Assembly (NCBI GenBank): GCA_036676765.1 | Contig: JAKFCH010000282.1 | Location: forward strand, 45,340 to 109,339 | Source of the DNA: Deltaproteobacteria bacterium | GTDB taxonomy: Bacteria > Myxococcota_A > UBA796 > SXON01 | Direction: 5' to 3' | Length of the DNA stretch: 64,000 bases | In this document: piece after piece, positions 62,012 through 64,000 of the stretch | Layout: every line of letters starts with the position of its first letter | Numbering within the stretch: the stretch's first letter is position 1 | The notes under the pieces: model-generated | The model's input: the letters and a program-made list of their open reading frames with translations, nothing else | Told to the model about the DNA's origin: nothing | Database searches by the model: none | Translations under genes and position numbers: made by a program

Positions 62012-63319
62012 TTATCGGGTCGGAGCCTCGGGCGCCAGGGTCGTTCTCGTCGGTACGGTTCGCTCCCAATCCTCGGGGAGGGTGAGGTCGAGGGGGCGGG
62101 TGAACCGCGGGTAGACCGGGTGGGTGCGGATCGAGATCGCCCAGCCCACCGCGAAGAGCGCGCCGAGGAGGGCGACGAACCCTCGGCTCGGGTAGTCGTC
62201 CGCGAGGCGCCGCGCGGCCACCGCGAGCATGGCGAGCCAGGTGACGTGGAAGAAGGTCTCCGGCTTCGCGATGCGCCAGAAGCCGGGGACCACGTCGAAG
62301 AGCAGGCGGTAGACCGGGTTGTCGACGGGGCCGAGCGAGAGGACGAAGAAGACGAGGCCGATCCCGCCGAGCCACCGGTTCTTGCGCTGCGCGAACCCCA
62401 TCGCGGCGAATCCGATCGCCACCACGTTCAAGGCGCGCCACGCCTCGAGCCGGTTCCACCTCGGCGGCCAGATCTCGAAGGTGTCGAGCGCCGCGCGCTG
62501 GGTGAGGAAGGTCTCGGGATCGCCGAGGGCGCCCTCTCCCCGGAGGGCGAGGAGCTGCAGCCCCACGAGCGGGAGCGCGACGAGCGCGCTCGCGGCGACG
62601 GCGAGGGTCACGTCGCGCTTGCGGGCGAACAGCGCGAGGGCGCCGATGCCGGCGCAGAGGAGGCCCAGGTAGAAGTTGTAGAACAGGGCCGCGACGTAGA
62701 TCAGCGCGGCGATCCACCGCCATCGGCCTCCGCTCCGGTAGGCCCGCACCAGCGCCCAGGCGTAGAGCGGAATCCAATAGACGCCTGATTTTTCAATGGT
62801 ATACCAGTTGATATCTCGAAACAGGTGGAGCCCCATCCCGAACGGGAACCCCATCAGGAGGCTCACCGCCCGATCGCCCGAGAGCTCGTCGAGGAGCAGG
62901 TACGCGCAGTACCAGCCTAAAACGAGGTTGAAGAATGCTTGCAGGTTGAAGGCCGCGAAGGTCGGTGTGAACACATCGGCTACCGAGGTGACCCACAGGT
63001 GCCCGACGTGCACGCCGACGAGCCGGACGGCGGGGTCGGTGGGGTCGAGGAACCGCCACATCACGCCGTCGAGGTAGAACAGCAGGCTGCCCGCCTTGTC
63101 GATCGTCGGGAACTGGCCCCACACGTAGGTCGTGGCGAAGGCGCCGAACGGCGTGGTGAGGGCGAGCGTGGCGCCGAGGACGAACAGGAAGGGGCGGCGG
63201 GTGCCGCCCAGCCAGGCCACCAGGGCGCCGATCACCAGGCAGGCGAGCCAGGCCCCGGGCTCGCTCCAGAGCCCGGTCGGCGCGTAGAGCTGGCGCGGAT
63301 CGGGGGGCGGGCCATACAT
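62012..63319 (-). CDS. Polytopic integral membrane protein, family not recognised
   Basis: 435 aa from the internal Met (MYGPPPDPRQLY...) with roughly 10 or more hydrophobic helices and few histidines. First gene of the membrane-protein/micro-ORF/norQ/norD string. Confidence 0.65.
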   Translation of the reverse strand: MYGPPPDPRQLYAPTGLWSEPGAWLACLVIGALVAWLGGTRRPFLFVLGATLALTTPFGAFATTYVWGQFPTIDKAGSLLFYLDGVMWRFLDPTDPAVRLVGVHVGHLWVTSVADVFTPTFAAFNLQAFFNLVLGWYCAYLLLDELSGDRAVSLLMGFPFGMGLHLFRDINWYTIEKSGVYWIPLYAWALVRAYRSGGRWRWIAALIYVAALFYNFYLGLLCAGIGALALFARKRDVTLAVAASALVALPLVGLQLLALRGEGALGDPETFLTQRAALDTFEIWPPRWNRLEAWRALNVVAIGFAAMGFAQRKNRWLGGIGLVFFVLSLGPVDNPVYRLLFDVVPGFWRIAKPETFFHVTWLAMLAVAARRLADDYPSRGFVALLGALFAVGWAISIRTHPVYPRFTRPLDLTLPEDWERTVPTRTTLAPEAPTR

Positions 63320-63613
63320 CGCTTGCAACGTAGCCGTCTGTCGTGGGGCCGGAGAGGCGGCGGCCGAGAACCGCACGGCGGGGCCCACCGCCGGTACCCC
63401 AGAGGGGCCCCCCCGGCGGCACCCGCCGCGCACGGCCGCCGCCTCCCCGGCCCGCGCTCGGGTGGCTACGGGGCGCTCCGGTCTAAGGAAGGGGGTGGTG
63501 GGGGGCGGCGGCCCGCGCTTGGCGCGGGCGCCTTGCGCTGAGGGGCCCGCGTCGTCAGTCCGTGAGCGTGCGCATGCGATTGTTTCGGTATAGTGAGTCC
63601 GCGCGGAGCGTGC

Positions 63614-64000
<387 letters not shown>

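Noticed and set aside
62012-63319. Membrane protein upstream of the norQ/norD-like genes as NorB (NO reductase)
   Set aside because: It has only about five histidines, none in the heme or FeB ligand pattern of heme-copper oxidases. No NorC-like cytochrome c (CXXCH) gene is adjacent.

Overview
Very GC-rich bacterial chromosomal segment (about 70% or more G+C by eye). The gene content looks myxobacterial: many lipoproteins with L-x-x-C lipoboxes, FG-GAP and Big_1 surface proteins, a eukaryotic-like Ser/Thr kinase and dense two-component signalling. That taxonomic guess is inference only. I support about 50 CDS. From 5' to 3' they are: (1) a complete, translationally coupled System I cytochrome c maturation operon, ccmABCDEFGHI, on the minus strand (144-7541). 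(2) trmL, a manC-like guanylyltransferase, a small lipoprotein and an atypical extended-SDR gene. (3) A 10.7-kb plus-strand operon (11258-21930) with three histidine kinases, a FecR-like anchored protein and two very large Big_1/IPT surface proteins. (4) A TPR-like protein, a DJ-1/PfpI-family protein, a PHP-like lipoprotein, fxsA and mazG. (5) A signalling island (27168-38703): a Ser/Thr kinase, a 2,023-aa soluble hybrid kinase built on nine near-identical 276-bp (92-codon) double-HAMP repeats plus diverged flanking units, and a REC-PAS kinase, bracketed by two paralogous dual-receiver response regulators. (6) An RlaP-like nucleotidyltransferase with an FG-GAP lipoprotein. (7) A ~190-bp, ~50% GC inverted-repeat element in the gap before nadA. 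(8) Two separate CbbQ/NorQ AAA+ plus CbbO/NorD VWA pairs with no RuBisCO or NO reductase in the window. One pair is followed by a DLH-fold protein that appears to lack its catalytic residues and by an extremely acidic Trp-containing ORF. The other is preceded by an unrelated polytopic membrane protein and a 26-codon ORF with a strong Shine-Dalgarno. (9) An addAB-type helicase-nuclease pair. (10) A CHASE sensor kinase with its receiver. I saw no rRNA, tRNA, CRISPR array, transposase, integrase or prophage genes. Most long ORFs in the six-frame track are alternative-frame or antisense artefacts of the high GC content. All family assignments come from motif reading by eye, with no database search. 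Start codons are often GTG or TTG and several are uncertain.
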